Source: a candidate division FCPU426 bacterium
GTDB lineage: Bacteria; Oederibacteriota; Muellerivitia; Muellerivitales; Muellerivitaceae
Length of the DNA stretch: 64,000 nucleotides
Assembly (NCBI GenBank): GCA_963830915.1
Contig: CAWHOE010000006.1
Span: 160,001 to 224,000 of the forward strand
Reading direction: 5' to 3'
Shown here in pieces: positions 36,383-47,274 of this stretch. The translations under genes were made by a program, and so were the position numbers. Within the stretch, counting starts at the first letter, position 1; the number at the start of each line of letters is the position of its first letter. The notes beneath the pieces were generated by a model that saw nothing but the letters and a program-made list of their open reading frames with translations, did no database searches and was not told the DNA's origin.

Positions 36383-38716
36383 TCAGCGGAGGATCAATAC
36401 CTTCATCAACTTCTGGCTAGGTTGTCCACCAACATTGGAGCTGATCGCAAAATAATATAGGCCATTGGCCAAATTAAGGTTCGCTTGTCCCATACCCTGG
36501 AGGGAATAGGATTGTGGACCCTGGGCAGTCGGAAGTGAGTCGTCCTCATAAAGTTTTCGGAAGGCCAGGGAAAATATCTTCAACTGGACCTGATCATATT
36601 GTTGGTCATTCTGATAATAGAACTTGATGGTCGAGCCTGGGCTTTTGGGATCGGGCCATGGATTGGGATAAGGCACTAAAAGATTGAACGGTGTCGATGT
36701 GGGGGTGGGTGTATTAGTGACCGTAAAAGTTGATGTCGGGGTAAAGGTCTGGGTCACGGTGAAAGTCGAGGTAGGAGTCGCGGTAAAGGTTGGGGTACAG
36801 GTATTGCCACCAACTAAACAAGGTGTATCGGTCATGGTTGGTGTGAAAGTGGACGTGGGAGTATAGGTATAAATAGCCCCAGCGGCCGTGTAAAACATGA
36901 CCTCATCAACCTGGTAACTGTAAGCTCCCACGGCCTCCGCGTCAAATTGGATACCTTTCACATGGGCCAAGTTGAAAGGGGCCGCCGCCCCAAAACCTTG
37001 TTGGGTCATGCTCGAGAAGGCAATCTGGTATAAGGTCCAAACTCCCGCCGGGGGGGTGACGTTATATCCCCACCAATCATAATTGGTGACATCGGTCGTA
37101 TTGATATCAATGCGATAAGTATTCCCATCCCCGAGGATCCAAAAACCGATCCCCACAAAACCCGAGGCGTTGAACAGTGACATTGGGTTATACAAATTCG
37201 CCTGTTCCTGAGCCCAACCACCTGAAGCCAGCGTACCTGTGGCTCTCATGGAATAGTTCGTCCCGTTGGCTCCTCCAGCGTAATTGTAATTGGCTTGCTC
37301 AGTGGAACCGTTGCCGATGTTGGTTTGCCAAGTGCCCGTAAAAGGCGGGTTCAGTTGGGTTCCGGTAATTTCAAAATTATCGATCATTTGAGTAATTACA
37401 GTAGGCGTGACCGTAGGGCTATTGGTAGGAGAATAAGTCGGTGTGGGCGTATTGGTGCTGGTAGGTGTGCAAGTATTGCCATTTACCATGCAGGGTGTAT
37501 CCGTTGAGGTGGGCGTATAAGTCGGCAGATTGCAAACAGGAACAGCGTTTGAAAGCCAACTTTTAACTGTAACTCCTTCCCATGCGCTAGGAGTATAAGC
37601 CCAATCCGTGATCAAAATAGGGGAAGAGCCAGTGTTCATATCCCAGGCCGTCCCTGAAATGCCCAAAGAGTCCATCCAACTTAGAACCGTTCCCATCCAC
37701 GCTCCATTCACGTCAGGATCAGGGGTAAACCCAGTAATTGTAGCGCTTGCGGCAGTGGTTCCTCCTTCCCCGAACTCACCGACAAAAATGGGGTACTGAC
37801 CTGCTACAGCGATGTAAGTGTTCCCATCGGTTGGGGTCCAATAGGCCCCGGTCCCTTTCCAGGGATAGATATGCGTTGCGTAGATGATCCCATTCCCGGT
37901 TGACGTTTCCGTCAATGCGCAGGGAACACTGCCACAAGAATTGTTGACGATTCCGGTAAGGTCATAAGCCCAGTTCAAACCGCCAGCAACAACGACATTA
38001 TTGGCTCCCGTGTTTCGAATGGTGTTCAAAAGAGCCTGCAACCCAGGCGTATGGAAACCCGATCCGCTGGTCCCGCCATTGCGCCAGGTGAGCCAAGGGT
38101 CGTCATGAGGTTCGTTGTACAGGTCAAAAAGAACGGCTGGGTTATTAGCGTAACGAGCTGCGACGGACGACCAGAAGGTCACACTATTGTCGTCCGGCAT
38201 GTTTAATTGATGGCCGCTATTGAGTGTGTGATCATTTCCCCAGCCAGCTCCGCAGGGATCGGTTGATCCTGTTTGATTCCCTGACCAATGAAGATCCAGA
38301 AGCACATAAGCATTGTTGGACAAACAGAAATTGACAATACCATCAACTAAAGCCTGATAGTTGGACATATCACTACCGCACCCGAACCAATAGTCCTGGC
38401 TCAAGGGCAAGCGGATAACATTCGCGTTCCAGGCCGTGACAGCCTCGGCAACAGTATTCAATATAACATTGTCTCCAGTGGAATTGTATTCCAAGCTGTC
38501 CACATCCACACCCTTCAAGCGGACCGTGCATCCAGAGTTTGCTGACAAAATTTTTCCGCCGTTGACAGCATCCACTCGAGTGATGAGTTGGGCTGAGGTC
38601 GCCATGGCGACGGAATTTCCGAGGGTGAGGAGGAATAGCCCGGTCAGGGCCGTACCCAACCACATGTTGAACGAACGCTTCACATTTCTCTCCGATGAAT
38701 GGTGGTTCAAAGACAA
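36383..38716 (-). CDS. Secreted GH5 endoglucanase-like enzyme with CBM11/CIA30-like domain, Thr/Pro linkers and C-terminal sorting-like domain
   Basis: LKGVD, NVIRLPLSQDYW, LLDLHWS, FDLYNEPH (acid/base), HIYP, FVGEFG (nucleophile); PYPNP...ANGLYY...KVLILR. Confidence 0.9.
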   Translation of the reverse strand: MSLNHHSSERNVKRSFNMWLGTALTGLFLLTLGNSVAMATSAQLITRVDAVNGGKILSANSGCTVRLKGVDVDSLEYNSTGDNVILNTVAEAVTAWNANVIRLPLSQDYWFGCGSDMSNYQALVDGIVNFCLSNNAYVLLDLHWSGNQTGSTDPCGAGWGNDHTLNSGHQLNMPDDNSVTFWSSVAARYANNPAVLFDLYNEPHDDPWLTWRNGGTSGSGFHTPGLQALLNTIRNTGANNVVVAGGLNWAYDLTGIVNNSCGSVPCALTETSTGNGIIYATHIYPWKGTGAYWTPTDGNTYIAVAGQYPIFVGEFGEGGTTAASATITGFTPDPDVNGAWMGTVLSWMDSLGISGTAWDMNTGSSPILITDWAYTPSAWEGVTVKSWLSNAVPVCNLPTYTPTSTDTPCMVNGNTCTPTSTNTPTPTYSPTNSPTVTPTVITQMIDNFEITGTQLNPPFTGTWQTNIGNGSTEQANYNYAGGANGTNYSMRATGTLASGGWAQEQANLYNPMSLFNASGFVGIGFWILGDGNTYRIDINTTDVTNYDWWGYNVTPPAGVWTLYQIAFSSMTQQGFGAAAPFNLAHVKGIQFDAEAVGAYSYQVDEVMFYTAAGAIYTYTPTSTFTPTMTDTPCLVGGNTCTPTFTATPTSTFTVTQTFTPTSTFTVTNTPTPTSTPFNLLVPYPNPWPDPKSPGSTIKFYYQNDQQYDQVQLKIFSLAFRKLYEDDSLPTAQGPQSYSLQGMGQANLNLANGLYYFAISSNVGGQPSQKLMKVLILR

Positions 38717-38746
38717 CCGCTCGACGAAAAAGGTTTTGAAATAATA

Positions 38747-38762
38747 TGCAGAATGAGTGCCA
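38747..38762 (-). promoter_or_regulatory. Sigma54-like promoter of the GH5 gene
   Basis: Minus strand TGGCACTCATTCTGCA, GG-N10-GC spacing. Confidence 0.6.
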
Positions 38763-38927
38763 TATCAAACCATAAAAAACCTTACAGGCCAACGTTAAAT
38801 CAATTCAGTCCTACAAAAAAGCAGGAAGCGCTTTCGTGTTTTTTTTGACGTTTATTGAAAATTATTCACATCTTTAACGGTCAAAAAGCAAAAAGCGCTT
38901 TCACCCTTCCTGATTTATACTGCTCCC

Positions 38928-39827
38928 ATGGAACCATCAAGAGGAACACTGGTCCTGACCGCGGGAAGTCTGGGGGACAGCCTGATGACCCTGCCAGCCC
39001 TTCACTTCCTCCAAACCAAAGCGCCCGTGACGATCGCGGGAACCTTTGCGTATCAAGCCCTGGGAAATGAAATACTGGGAGTGGACCAAGTGGTGGCCTT
39101 GGAACCTCTTCTTCAATCCCTCCTCACGCCCGGCAATTGGGAACCCTCCGTCAGGGATTTCCTGAACGGTTTCTCTGACGTTTATTTGTTCTTCAAGGAT
39201 AGGGACAGTTCGCTAGAACAAAAACTATCGGCCCTTTCTCAAGTACGACTTCATTACCCTGCCCAATCTTTCTCTGATTTTTTACAGGAAGCTCGATGGG
39301 CCGGCGAATACTGGCTTCAGACCGTCATCCCCAATCCCCTTCCTGACGATCCTCTTTTGAGACAGGCCCGCCTCAAGATAAGTCCGGAGTTATCCTCAAA
39401 AGGTCTGGACCTATTGAAAAACCTGGGGTTTACAAAACCTCTGGTCATCCATCCCGGGAGCGGTAGCCCAAAAAAGAATGCGCCCCTTTCTTTTTTCCGG
39501 GACGCCGCCCAAAGGGCTGTCACTGAATCGAACAAACAAGTATTGGTCACCTGGGGCGAGGTCGAAGAAAGGGATTTGGAAAATATCCGACAGGCATTTA
39601 GCGGTCTTCAGGGCGTGAAAGTTCTGGATAAATCATTGGATCTGAGGACTTTAGCAGGGGTGCTATCGGTCTCGGCCGCCTATTTGGGTAATGACAGCGG
39701 CGTGACCCAGTTGGCCTCCGCGTGCGGATTGAATACCTTCGCGGTATTCCAGGGAACGGACTCCCGAATTTGGGGGCCCCTGGCGAACACCTTGATCTAT
39801 CACTGGGTCAACGAGAACTTAGCGTAG
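38928..39827 (+). CDS. GT9 family glycosyltransferase (heptosyltransferase-like)
   Basis: GSLGDSL, IHPGSGSPKK, YLGNDSGVTQLA, TDSRIWGP. Confidence 0.85.
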   Translation: MEPSRGTLVLTAGSLGDSLMTLPALHFLQTKAPVTIAGTFAYQALGNEILGVDQVVALEPLLQSLLTPGNWEPSVRDFLNGFSDVYLFFKDRDSSLEQKLSALSQVRLHYPAQSFSDFLQEARWAGEYWLQTVIPNPLPDDPLLRQARLKISPELSSKGLDLLKNLGFTKPLVIHPGSGSPKKNAPLSFFRDAAQRAVTESNKQVLVTWGEVEERDLENIRQAFSGLQGVKVLDKSLDLRTLAGVLSVSAAYLGNDSGVTQLASACGLNTFAVFQGTDSRIWGPLANTLIYHWVNENLA

Positions 39828-39843
39828 GGAATACCCCCTCCGA

Positions 39844-40752
39844 TCATTTCCCGGAGGATTTTGCCTTCCCTTTTTTCTTACCCTTCAGGGCTTCCACCAG
39901 AGCGTTGCCGATCCCGCCGGGACTTTGGGCCACCGTGATGCCCGCCGCTTCCAGCGCCGCTATCTTTTCTTTCGCCGTTCCCTTGCCGCCGGAAACGATG
40001 GCGCCCGCGTGGCCCATGCGTTTACCCGGAGGCGCGGTCATACCCGCGATGAACGCCGCGACTGGCTTCTTCATTTCTTTCTTAACAAATTGGGCCGCTT
40101 CCTCTTCCGCCGTCCCGCCGATCTCTCCGATCATGATGACCGCCTGGGTGGCCTTGTCCTTGTTGAACGCTTCCAAAGCGTCCAGATGGGTCGTCCCGAC
40201 GATCGGGTCGCCCCCGATGCCGATACAGGTCGACTGGCCCAGACCCAGTTGGGTCACCTGCCATACCGCCTCATAGGTGAGGGTTCCGGACCTGGAAACG
40301 ATGCCGATCTTGCCTGGTTTGTGGATATAACCCGGCATGATGCCCACCTTGGCATCCCCGGGCGTGATGATACCGGGGCAATTGGGGCCGATGAGCCGGG
40401 TCTGGGGATATTGTTTGAGAAGTTTCATCGTCCGGGACATATCATTGGCCGGAATGCCCTCGGTGATACAAACGATCAGTTGGATCCCGGCGGCGGCGGC
40501 CTCCAGGATGGCGTCGGCCGCGAATAACGCCGGCACGAAGATCATGGTGGTATTGGCCCCGGTCTTCTTGACCGCATCGGCGACCGTGTCGAACACCTTG
40601 AATCCCTCGACTTCCGAACCGCCTTTGCCCGGCGTGACCCCGCCTACCAGCTTGGTCCCATATTCCCGGCAGGCTTTGGAATGGAATAACCCGGCCGAGC
40701 CGGTGATCCCCTGGCAAATGACCTTGGCTTCTTTATCTAAATAGATGCTCAT
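39844..40752 (-). CDS. sucD: Succinyl-CoA synthetase alpha subunit
   Basis: [33 protein letters not shown]; true start MSIYLD overlaps the sucC stop. Confidence 0.97.
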   Translation of the reverse strand: MSIYLDKEAKVICQGITGSAGLFHSKACREYGTKLVGGVTPGKGGSEVEGFKVFDTVADAVKKTGANTTMIFVPALFAADAILEAAAAGIQLIVCITEGIPANDMSRTMKLLKQYPQTRLIGPNCPGIITPGDAKVGIMPGYIHKPGKIGIVSRSGTLTYEAVWQVTQLGLGQSTCIGIGGDPIVGTTHLDALEAFNKDKATQAVIMIGEIGGTAEEEAAQFVKKEMKKPVAAFIAGMTAPPGKRMGHAGAIVSGGKGTAKEKIAALEAAGITVAQSPGGIGNALVEALKGKKKGKAKSSGK

Positions 40753-41921
40753 AGGATTGTCCCTCCCGCCGCTTTGACCACCGTTTGGGCGGCCTCGTCC
40801 ATGCTGGACGCGAACGCGTACTTCAGTTCGGATTGAGCCAGCAGTTCTTTGCCCTTTTCCACGTTGGTCCCTTCCAGGCGGATGACCAGGGGAAGCTTCA
40901 ATCCCACTTCCATGGCCGCGTCCATGATGCCCTGGGCGATCACATCGCATTTCATGATGCCGCCGAAGATATTGACCAAAATGGCCTTCACCCGGCTGTC
41001 CGAAAGGATGATCTTGAAGGCCGCCGTGACCGCCTTGGTAGAGGCTCCCCCGCCCACATCCAGGAAATTGGCCGGCATCCCGCCGAAATGCTGGATGGCG
41101 TCGGCGGTGGCCATGGCCAACCCTGCTCCGTTGACCAAACATCCGATGTTGCCGTCCAGGGAGATATAGGAAAGTCCGAACTCAGCGGCTTCCAGCTCGC
41201 GGGCGTCTTCCTCGTCCGGGTCACGCCAGGAGGCATATTCCTTGTGCCGGGCCAAACCGTTGTCCTCGAAAGAAACTTTCGCGTCCAGGCAGTGGATGTC
41301 CCCATTCTTCAGGACCACCAAAGGGTTCACTTCGATCAAGGAAAGGTCCAGGTCCATGAACATCCGGTACATGTCCTGGAATATCTTGGCGCCCTGATTG
41401 ACCTTCTCCTTGGGCAATCCCAAGTCCAGGTGCAATTGACGGGCCTGGTAGGCTTGCAACCCTTCCACTGGATCGATGATGACTTTCAGGATGGCCTGGG
41501 GTTTGGTGACGGCCAATTCCTCTATCTCGGTGCCGCCTTCAGCCGACGCCAGCAGGACTGGACAACGGGAACCCCGGTCCAGGACCACGCTGACATAAAG
41601 TTCTTTCTCGAAATCGATGGCGGGGGTAATGAAGATCTTCTTGACCAAACGGCCCTGGGGGCCGGTCTGGGGTGAGATAAGGGTCATGCCCAGGATATCG
41701 CTGGCTTTTTGGTGCAGTTCCGTCTCGGTCTTGGCCAGCTTGACGCCGCCCGCCTTGCCCCGTCCGCCCGCGTGGATCTGGGCCTTGACCACCCAGGGGC
41801 CGCCTGGGAATTTAAGGATGGCTTCCTCGATTTCGGACAGATGCTTGACCACCACGCCCGGCGTGACCGGCAATCCGTACTTGGCGAACAGTTCCTTCGC
41901 TTGATATTCGTGTAGTTTCAA
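40749..41921 (-). CDS. sucC: Succinyl-CoA synthetase beta subunit
   Basis: [48 protein letters not shown]. Confidence 0.98.
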   Translation of the reverse strand: MKLHEYQAKELFAKYGLPVTPGVVVKHLSEIEEAILKFPGGPWVVKAQIHAGGRGKAGGVKLAKTETELHQKASDILGMTLISPQTGPQGRLVKKIFITPAIDFEKELYVSVVLDRGSRCPVLLASAEGGTEIEELAVTKPQAILKVIIDPVEGLQAYQARQLHLDLGLPKEKVNQGAKIFQDMYRMFMDLDLSLIEVNPLVVLKNGDIHCLDAKVSFEDNGLARHKEYASWRDPDEEDARELEAAEFGLSYISLDGNIGCLVNGAGLAMATADAIQHFGGMPANFLDVGGGASTKAVTAAFKIILSDSRVKAILVNIFGGIMKCDVIAQGIMDAAMEVGLKLPLVIRLEGTNVEKGKELLAQSELKYAFASSMDEAAQTVVKAAGGTIL

Positions 41922-41984
41922 AGAAGCCTCCCCTTAATATTGAAACTTTCCAAGGACCGTCCCGCCCGACCTAGCGCGGGACCA

Positions 41985-43340
41985 TCAATGGATCTGATTG
42001 TGGAATTTCTCCAGATAGATGTTCCAAAAATCCATCACGACCGCCAGGGCCATGAGCCCCACCAGAAGGAAAAAACCGACCTGTTGATAGGCCATCTGGA
42101 TACGGACCGAGACGGGCTTGCGTTTAAGCCCCTCGACCACGCAAAGGACGATCTGTCCCCCATCGACCACCGGAATGGGAAGGAGGTTCATGATGCAAAG
42201 CACCAAGGAAATGAAGGACACGATATTGCAGAACTCGATGAGGCCTAGGGACGCCCTTTGGTACATCAGGCGCATGATGGTGACCGGCCCCCCAATGGAG
42301 TCTTTCAGGGATATCTTTCCCGTGACCATTTCCCATAGTGCCCCCAGATAAAGACCACAAGTGGAAGTGATCTTGCGGCCCGCAGATAAAAAGGCCTCGC
42401 CAAACCCCAATTTCCTTATGTCGAATCTTTGAGGATCGATAGGGGAAATACCGATATGTTTACCGGTCCCATCGTAGATCTTCTTCAGGATGATGGGGTA
42501 ACTCTTGCCGTCCCGAGAAACATCCATTTTGACCTCATCCGACTTGCTATTGTGGATGAGGAATGCCAATTCCATCCATTCGGAGACTTTTTTTCCGTCC
42601 ACGGTCAGGACTTTATCCCCCTCTTTCAGCCCCGCTTTCATCGCCGGAGAGGAAAAAGGCACCGAACCGATGATCGGAGGGATCAGGGCGTAAAGACCAA
42701 GTTCAGCGTCAGGTTTTTGCAGGTCGCCCTGGAAAGTCAATTCCAACGCCTTCCCTTTCCTTTCAATGGACAAGGGAACCCCTTGTTTCGGGTTCTTTTC
42801 AAGCTTTTCGGAAACCAGGTCCAACACCGTATAAAGGTTCGTGACAGGTTGGCCATCCACCTTGAGGATCTTGTCGCCTTTACGGAAGCCGGATTGGTCC
42901 GCCATACTTTGGGGTGGAACAAATCCCAGAACAGGATCTTCAATAGGTGTTTTCTCTCCCACACACCAAAAAAGGAGGAACAGGATTGCGAAGGCGGAAA
43001 GATAATTCATGCCAGGCCCGGCCAGGAAGATAAAAACCCTTTTCCACCAGGCAGCGAATAGGAAATCTCCTGGTTCGGGGGGGGTTTCATACATTTTATC
43101 GGCAGTTTCGCCGCTCAGGTCCCCTCCCTTGGGTTTACAGAACCCCCCCAAAGGAAACGCCCGAACGGAATAGAGGGTCTTTCCCCATTTGCGGGATACG
43201 AGTATGGGGCCGAATCCCAATGCGAATTCTTCCACATCCACACTGAAGAACCGGCAAAGTAGGTAGTGGCCTCCCTCATGGATGAAGACCATGAATCCAA
43301 AAGCGAGAATAACTTCCAACCACCATCCGATCGAGTTCAT
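41985..43340 (-). CDS. rseP: RIP metalloprotease RseP
   Basis: HEGGH, PLGGFCK, AGPGMN, two PDZ domains, NLLPIPVVDGG. Confidence 0.95.
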   Translation of the reverse strand: MNSIGWWLEVILAFGFMVFIHEGGHYLLCRFFSVDVEEFALGFGPILVSRKWGKTLYSVRAFPLGGFCKPKGGDLSGETADKMYETPPEPGDFLFAAWWKRVFIFLAGPGMNYLSAFAILFLLFWCVGEKTPIEDPVLGFVPPQSMADQSGFRKGDKILKVDGQPVTNLYTVLDLVSEKLEKNPKQGVPLSIERKGKALELTFQGDLQKPDAELGLYALIPPIIGSVPFSSPAMKAGLKEGDKVLTVDGKKVSEWMELAFLIHNSKSDEVKMDVSRDGKSYPIILKKIYDGTGKHIGISPIDPQRFDIRKLGFGEAFLSAGRKITSTCGLYLGALWEMVTGKISLKDSIGGPVTIMRLMYQRASLGLIEFCNIVSFISLVLCIMNLLPIPVVDGGQIVLCVVEGLKRKPVSVRIQMAYQQVGFFLLVGLMALAVVMDFWNIYLEKFHNQIH

Positions 43341-43348
43341 AGGGTTCC

Positions 43349-44500
43349 TTAGCGAATTTTCCCCGCTTCAACGCGGGCCCAGCGGTCGGCCAACAATATA
43401 CCATCGAGGTTGGGGTTTGTCAGGGGACGGTGCTTTTTTAAGGTTTTCTCGATGATTTTCGGTATTTCGGTGAAGTTAATTTTTCCGGCGAGGAAACGGC
43501 CCACCGCCACCTCGTTGGCCGCGTTCAGAACGGCCGGATAGGTCTTCCCTTTTTCCCCAGCCTCATAGGCCAAGTCCACACAAGGGAATTTGCGCCTATC
43601 TGGTTTCTCGAAATGAAGCCGCCAGGTCTTGGTCAGGTCCAATCTTTCGACCGGGCTATGAGCCCGGGAAGGATAGGTCATCGCGTACTGGATGGGGATC
43701 TGCATGTCCGTGGTCCCCAGTTGGGCCAGGATCGAGCCATCGATATATTCCACCATGGAATGGATGATGGATTCGGGATGGATGACGATGTCGATCTTTT
43801 TATAAGGCACGTTGAACAAATAATGGGCCTCAATGACCTCCAGCCCCTTATTCATCATGGTGGCCGAGTCGATAGTGATCTTGGGTCCCATCCGCCAGGT
43901 GGGATGATGGAGGGCCTGTTGGACCGATATCTTATGGAACTGTTTGCGGTCCAAACTACGGAAGGGGCCTCCAGAGGCCGTCAGCAGGATCTTATGGATC
44001 TCCCGATCCGGGGGATGACCGGCCAGGCACTGAAAAACCGCGCAATGCTCGCTATCAACGGGCAATATCTTGGAACCCGACCTTTTGGCGGCCTTGGTGA
44101 CCACTTCCCCCGCCATGACCATGGTTTCTTTGTTCGCCAGGGCGATGGTCTTGCCCTTGTGGATGGCCGCCAGGGTCGGTTTCAAACCCGCCGCCCCCAC
44201 GATGGCCGAAAGTACCAATTCGGCGCCGGTTTCAGCCGCCACCGCCACAACGCCCTCTTCCCCTCCCAGTATGCGGGTGGGGGTTTTCTTGACCATAGCC
44301 TTGAGCTTGGCCACCAAACTTTCGTCCATTAAAGCGGCGTAGCGTGGTTTGAACTTTTTGATCTGGAAAGCCAGCTCACGAATATTGGTGTTGGCGGTAA
44401 GACCCACCACCTGGAAGGCGGGGTATAACTTTTGGACCACTTTGAGGGTCGATATCCCGATGCTCCCAGTAGAGCCGAGGATAGCTATTTTTTTGGGCAT
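43349..44500 (-). CDS. dxr: 1-deoxy-D-xylulose-5-phosphate reductoisomerase
   Basis: LGSTGSIG, ANKE, PVDSEH, TASGGPF, MGPKITIDSATMMNKGLE. Confidence 0.98.
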   Translation of the reverse strand: MPKKIAILGSTGSIGISTLKVVQKLYPAFQVVGLTANTNIRELAFQIKKFKPRYAALMDESLVAKLKAMVKKTPTRILGGEEGVVAVAAETGAELVLSAIVGAAGLKPTLAAIHKGKTIALANKETMVMAGEVVTKAAKRSGSKILPVDSEHCAVFQCLAGHPPDREIHKILLTASGGPFRSLDRKQFHKISVQQALHHPTWRMGPKITIDSATMMNKGLEVIEAHYLFNVPYKKIDIVIHPESIIHSMVEYIDGSILAQLGTTDMQIPIQYAMTYPSRAHSPVERLDLTKTWRLHFEKPDRRKFPCVDLAYEAGEKGKTYPAVLNAANEVAVGRFLAGKINFTEIPKIIEKTLKKHRPLTNPNLDGILLADRWARVEAGKIR

Positions 44501-44579
44501 TCCGAAGCTTTCCGATCGTATTTTGGAATCAAGCGATGACTGGTCTTAAGGGGGTGAAATTATAACACCGCCCTGGAAA

Positions 44580-44618
44580 TAAAAAAACGAAGGGAATCCT
44601 AGCATTCCCTTCGTTTTT
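44580..44618. terminator. Intrinsic terminator downstream of dnaK
   Basis: AAAAAAACGAAGGGAAT-CCTAGC-ATTCCCTTCGTTTTT. Confidence 0.85.
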
Positions 44619-44640
44619 GATCGGCTTTTGCTGGATAAAA

Positions 44641-46572
44641 TTACTTTTTATCCTTATCGACAGGCTCGTATTCGGCGTCCACCGCCCCGTCATCCTTTGG
44701 CTTCTCCTCGGGTTTGGCTCCATCCGCCGGAGCGCCTTCCGCTCCCTTTTGTTTCTCAGCGGCGGCCTTGTACATGGCCTCGCCGAGCTTCATGGAAACA
44801 TCGTTGAGCTCCTGGACGGCCTTCTTGATGGCCTCTGAATCGTCCCCAGCCTGGACTTTCTTCAGCGATTCCAGTTTTTCCTCGATCTGCTTCTTCGTGT
44901 CGGCGTCAACCTTATCCCCATACTCTTTCAACGCCTTTTCGGTGGAGTAGACCAGCGTATCTGCCTGGTTCTTGGCTTCGATATTTTCCTTCTTCTTTTT
45001 ATCTTCCTCAGCGTGCAGTTCGGCGTCTTTCTGCATCTTCTTGATCTCTTCCTCGGATAAGCCGGAGGAAGGCGTGATGCGGATGTTCTGTTCCTTGCCT
45101 GTTCCCAGATCCTTGGCGGAAACATTCAGGATGCCGTTAGCGTCGATATTGAAGGTCACCTCAATCTGTGGCACCCCACGCGGCGCGGGCGGTATACCCA
45201 CCAGGTCGAACCGGCCGAGGGTTCGGTTGTCCCCCGCCATCTCCCGCTCCCCCTGGAGCACATGGATGGAGACCGTACTTTGACTGTCGGAGGCGGTCGA
45301 GAACACCTGACTTTTCTTTACCGGGATAGTGGTATTGCGCTCGATGACTTTGGTCATGACTCCTCCCAACGTCTCCACTCCCAGCGATAACGGCGTGACG
45401 TCCAGCAATAGGACATCCTTCACCTCGCCCTTCAAGACACCGCCCTGGATGGCCGCGCCTACCGCCACTACCTCGTCCGGATTCACGCCCTTATGGGGCT
45501 CCCGTTTGAAGAATTCCTTCACCACTTCCTGCACCTTGGGCATGCGGGTCATCCCGCCGACCAGGACCACTTCTTGGATGTCATCCACGGAAAGACCCGC
45601 GTCCTTCAGAGCCTTGCGGCAAGGTTCGATGGTCTTATCCACCATGTCCATGACCAGCTGCTCCAATTTGGAACGGGACAACTTGACGTTCAAGTGTTTC
45701 GGTCCTGAGGCGTCCGCCGTGATGAAAGGCAGGTTGATCTCCGTCTCAGCGGTGCTGGACAGGTCGATCTTGGCCTTCTCAGCGCCCTCCTTCAATCTCT
45801 GGAGCGCCATACGGTCGTTCTTCAGGTCGATACCGTTGTCCTTTTTGAACTCCTCGATGAGCCATTGGATGATCCTTTGGTCAAAATCGTCCCCGCCCAA
45901 ATGGGTATCCCCGTTGGTGGACTTGACCTCGAATACCCCGTCGCCCAATTCCAGGATGGAGATGTCGAAAGTTCCCCCTCCCAGGTCATAAACCGCGATC
46001 TTCTCGTTCTTTTTTTCTTTGTCCAGACCATAGGCCAGGGCCGCGGCGGTCGGCTCGTTGATGATGCGAAGGACGTTGAGCCCCGCGATCTTGCCCGCGT
46101 CCTTGGTGGCCTGACGTTGGGCGTCATTGAAATAGGCCGGTACCGTGATGACCGCCTCGGTGATCTCCGAACCCACGTAAGCTTCGGCGTCCGCTTTCAG
46201 TTTTTGCAGGATCATAGCCGAGATCTCGGGCGCGGAATATTCCTTGTCGTCGATCTTCACCCGAACATCCCCGTTGGAGGATTCTTTAAGGCCATAGGGC
46301 ACCAGTTTGCGGTCCATCTCGACCTCCGGGTCATGCAGCTTGCGACCCATGAAACGTTTGATGGAAAAAACCGTATTGGTGGGATTGGTAATGGATTGGT
46401 TCTTGGCTACTCGGCCCACTAACCTCTCGCCGGTCTTTGAAAAACCAACCACCGAGGGGGTTGTGCGAGCGCCTTCCGCGTTAGCGATGACCTTGGGCTC
46501 TCCGCCTTCCATGATCGCCATACAGGAATTGGTCGTTCCCAGATCGATTCCCAATACTTTGTTCGTTGCCAT
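44641..46572 (-). CDS. dnaK: Chaperone DnaK
   Basis: [32 protein letters not shown]. Confidence 0.99.
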   Translation of the reverse strand: MATNKVLGIDLGTTNSCMAIMEGGEPKVIANAEGARTTPSVVGFSKTGERLVGRVAKNQSITNPTNTVFSIKRFMGRKLHDPEVEMDRKLVPYGLKESSNGDVRVKIDDKEYSAPEISAMILQKLKADAEAYVGSEITEAVITVPAYFNDAQRQATKDAGKIAGLNVLRIINEPTAAALAYGLDKEKKNEKIAVYDLGGGTFDISILELGDGVFEVKSTNGDTHLGGDDFDQRIIQWLIEEFKKDNGIDLKNDRMALQRLKEGAEKAKIDLSSTAETEINLPFITADASGPKHLNVKLSRSKLEQLVMDMVDKTIEPCRKALKDAGLSVDDIQEVVLVGGMTRMPKVQEVVKEFFKREPHKGVNPDEVVAVGAAIQGGVLKGEVKDVLLLDVTPLSLGVETLGGVMTKVIERNTTIPVKKSQVFSTASDSQSTVSIHVLQGEREMAGDNRTLGRFDLVGIPPAPRGVPQIEVTFNIDANGILNVSAKDLGTGKEQNIRITPSSGLSEEEIKKMQKDAELHAEEDKKKKENIEAKNQADTLVYSTEKALKEYGDKVDADTKKQIEEKLESLKKVQAGDDSEAIKKAVQELNDVSMKLGEAMYKAAAEKQKGAEGAPADGAKPEEKPKDDGAVDAEYEPVDKDKK

Positions 46573-46704
46573 ATATCTCTCCTCTTGGTTTAAGCCCTTC
46601 GTCTTTTAATGGACCGAAGGCGCGCAATCAATCTTCAATAAAGTCGGCGGTCAACAGTTTGGCAGGAAATGCCTTGTTGGTCCCGGCTGTCGACTGTCAA
46701 CGAT

Positions 46705-47274
46705 CTACTGATTTTTCGCCACTTTGACCATTGCCGGTCTTAAGACCCGGTCATGGTGCAAATACCCGCTTTGAAGTTCTTCCATGACCGTCCCATCGGG
46801 GAACTTGTCCGTATCTTCCTGGAACATGACCTCATGGAACCTCGGGTTGAACATCTCACCCAAAGCTTTGATCCGGGTGACCCCATTCTTTTCCAGCAGG
46901 GAACGGAACTGGCGCAGGGTCAACTCCACCCCTTCCTTAAGGGTCAACAGTCCTTTGTCCATATCATCCGAGGGCAGGGCCGCTAGGGCCCTTTCCAGGT
47001 TGTCCACGACCACCAGGAACTCCTTCAGCAACCCCGTCTGGGAGAATTTAAGAAACTCTTCCTTCTCCTTCAAGACCCGTTTTTTGTAGTTGTCAAAATC
47101 AGCGGCCATCCAGACGAGTTGTTCCTTGACCTCGTCATGTTTTTTCTTCCATTCCTCGCCTTCGGCGGAAGGAACAGGCACTGGTCCCGGTGTAAAACCA
47201 TCTTCAGTTTCTGGAGCGCTGGAAAGTATCTCGATCTCGGGTTCTGGATTCATGGGATTCTCGGGCAAGGTCAA
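46705..47274 (-). CDS. grpE: Nucleotide exchange factor GrpE
   Basis: ADFDNYKKR, DNLERAL, GYLHHDRVLRPAMVKV. Confidence 0.96.
   Translation of the reverse strand: MTLPENPMNPEPEIEILSSAPETEDGFTPGPVPVPSAEGEEWKKKHDEVKEQLVWMAADFDNYKKRVLKEKEEFLKFSQTGLLKEFLVVVDNLERALAALPSDDMDKGLLTLKEGVELTLRQFRSLLEKNGVTRIKALGEMFNPRFHEVMFQEDTDKFPDGTVMEELQSGYLHHDRVLRPAMVKVAKNQ

Noticed and set aside
40753..41142. Apparent 130-aa N-terminal extension of SucD (similar extensions on ispE, ribF, rpsO, pnp, polC)
   Set aside because: Longest-ORF artefact overlapping the upstream gene or leader; conserved sequence starts later
46597..46620. Hairpin in the dnaK 5' UTR as an RNA thermometer
   Set aside because: The stem does not sequester the SD; insufficient support
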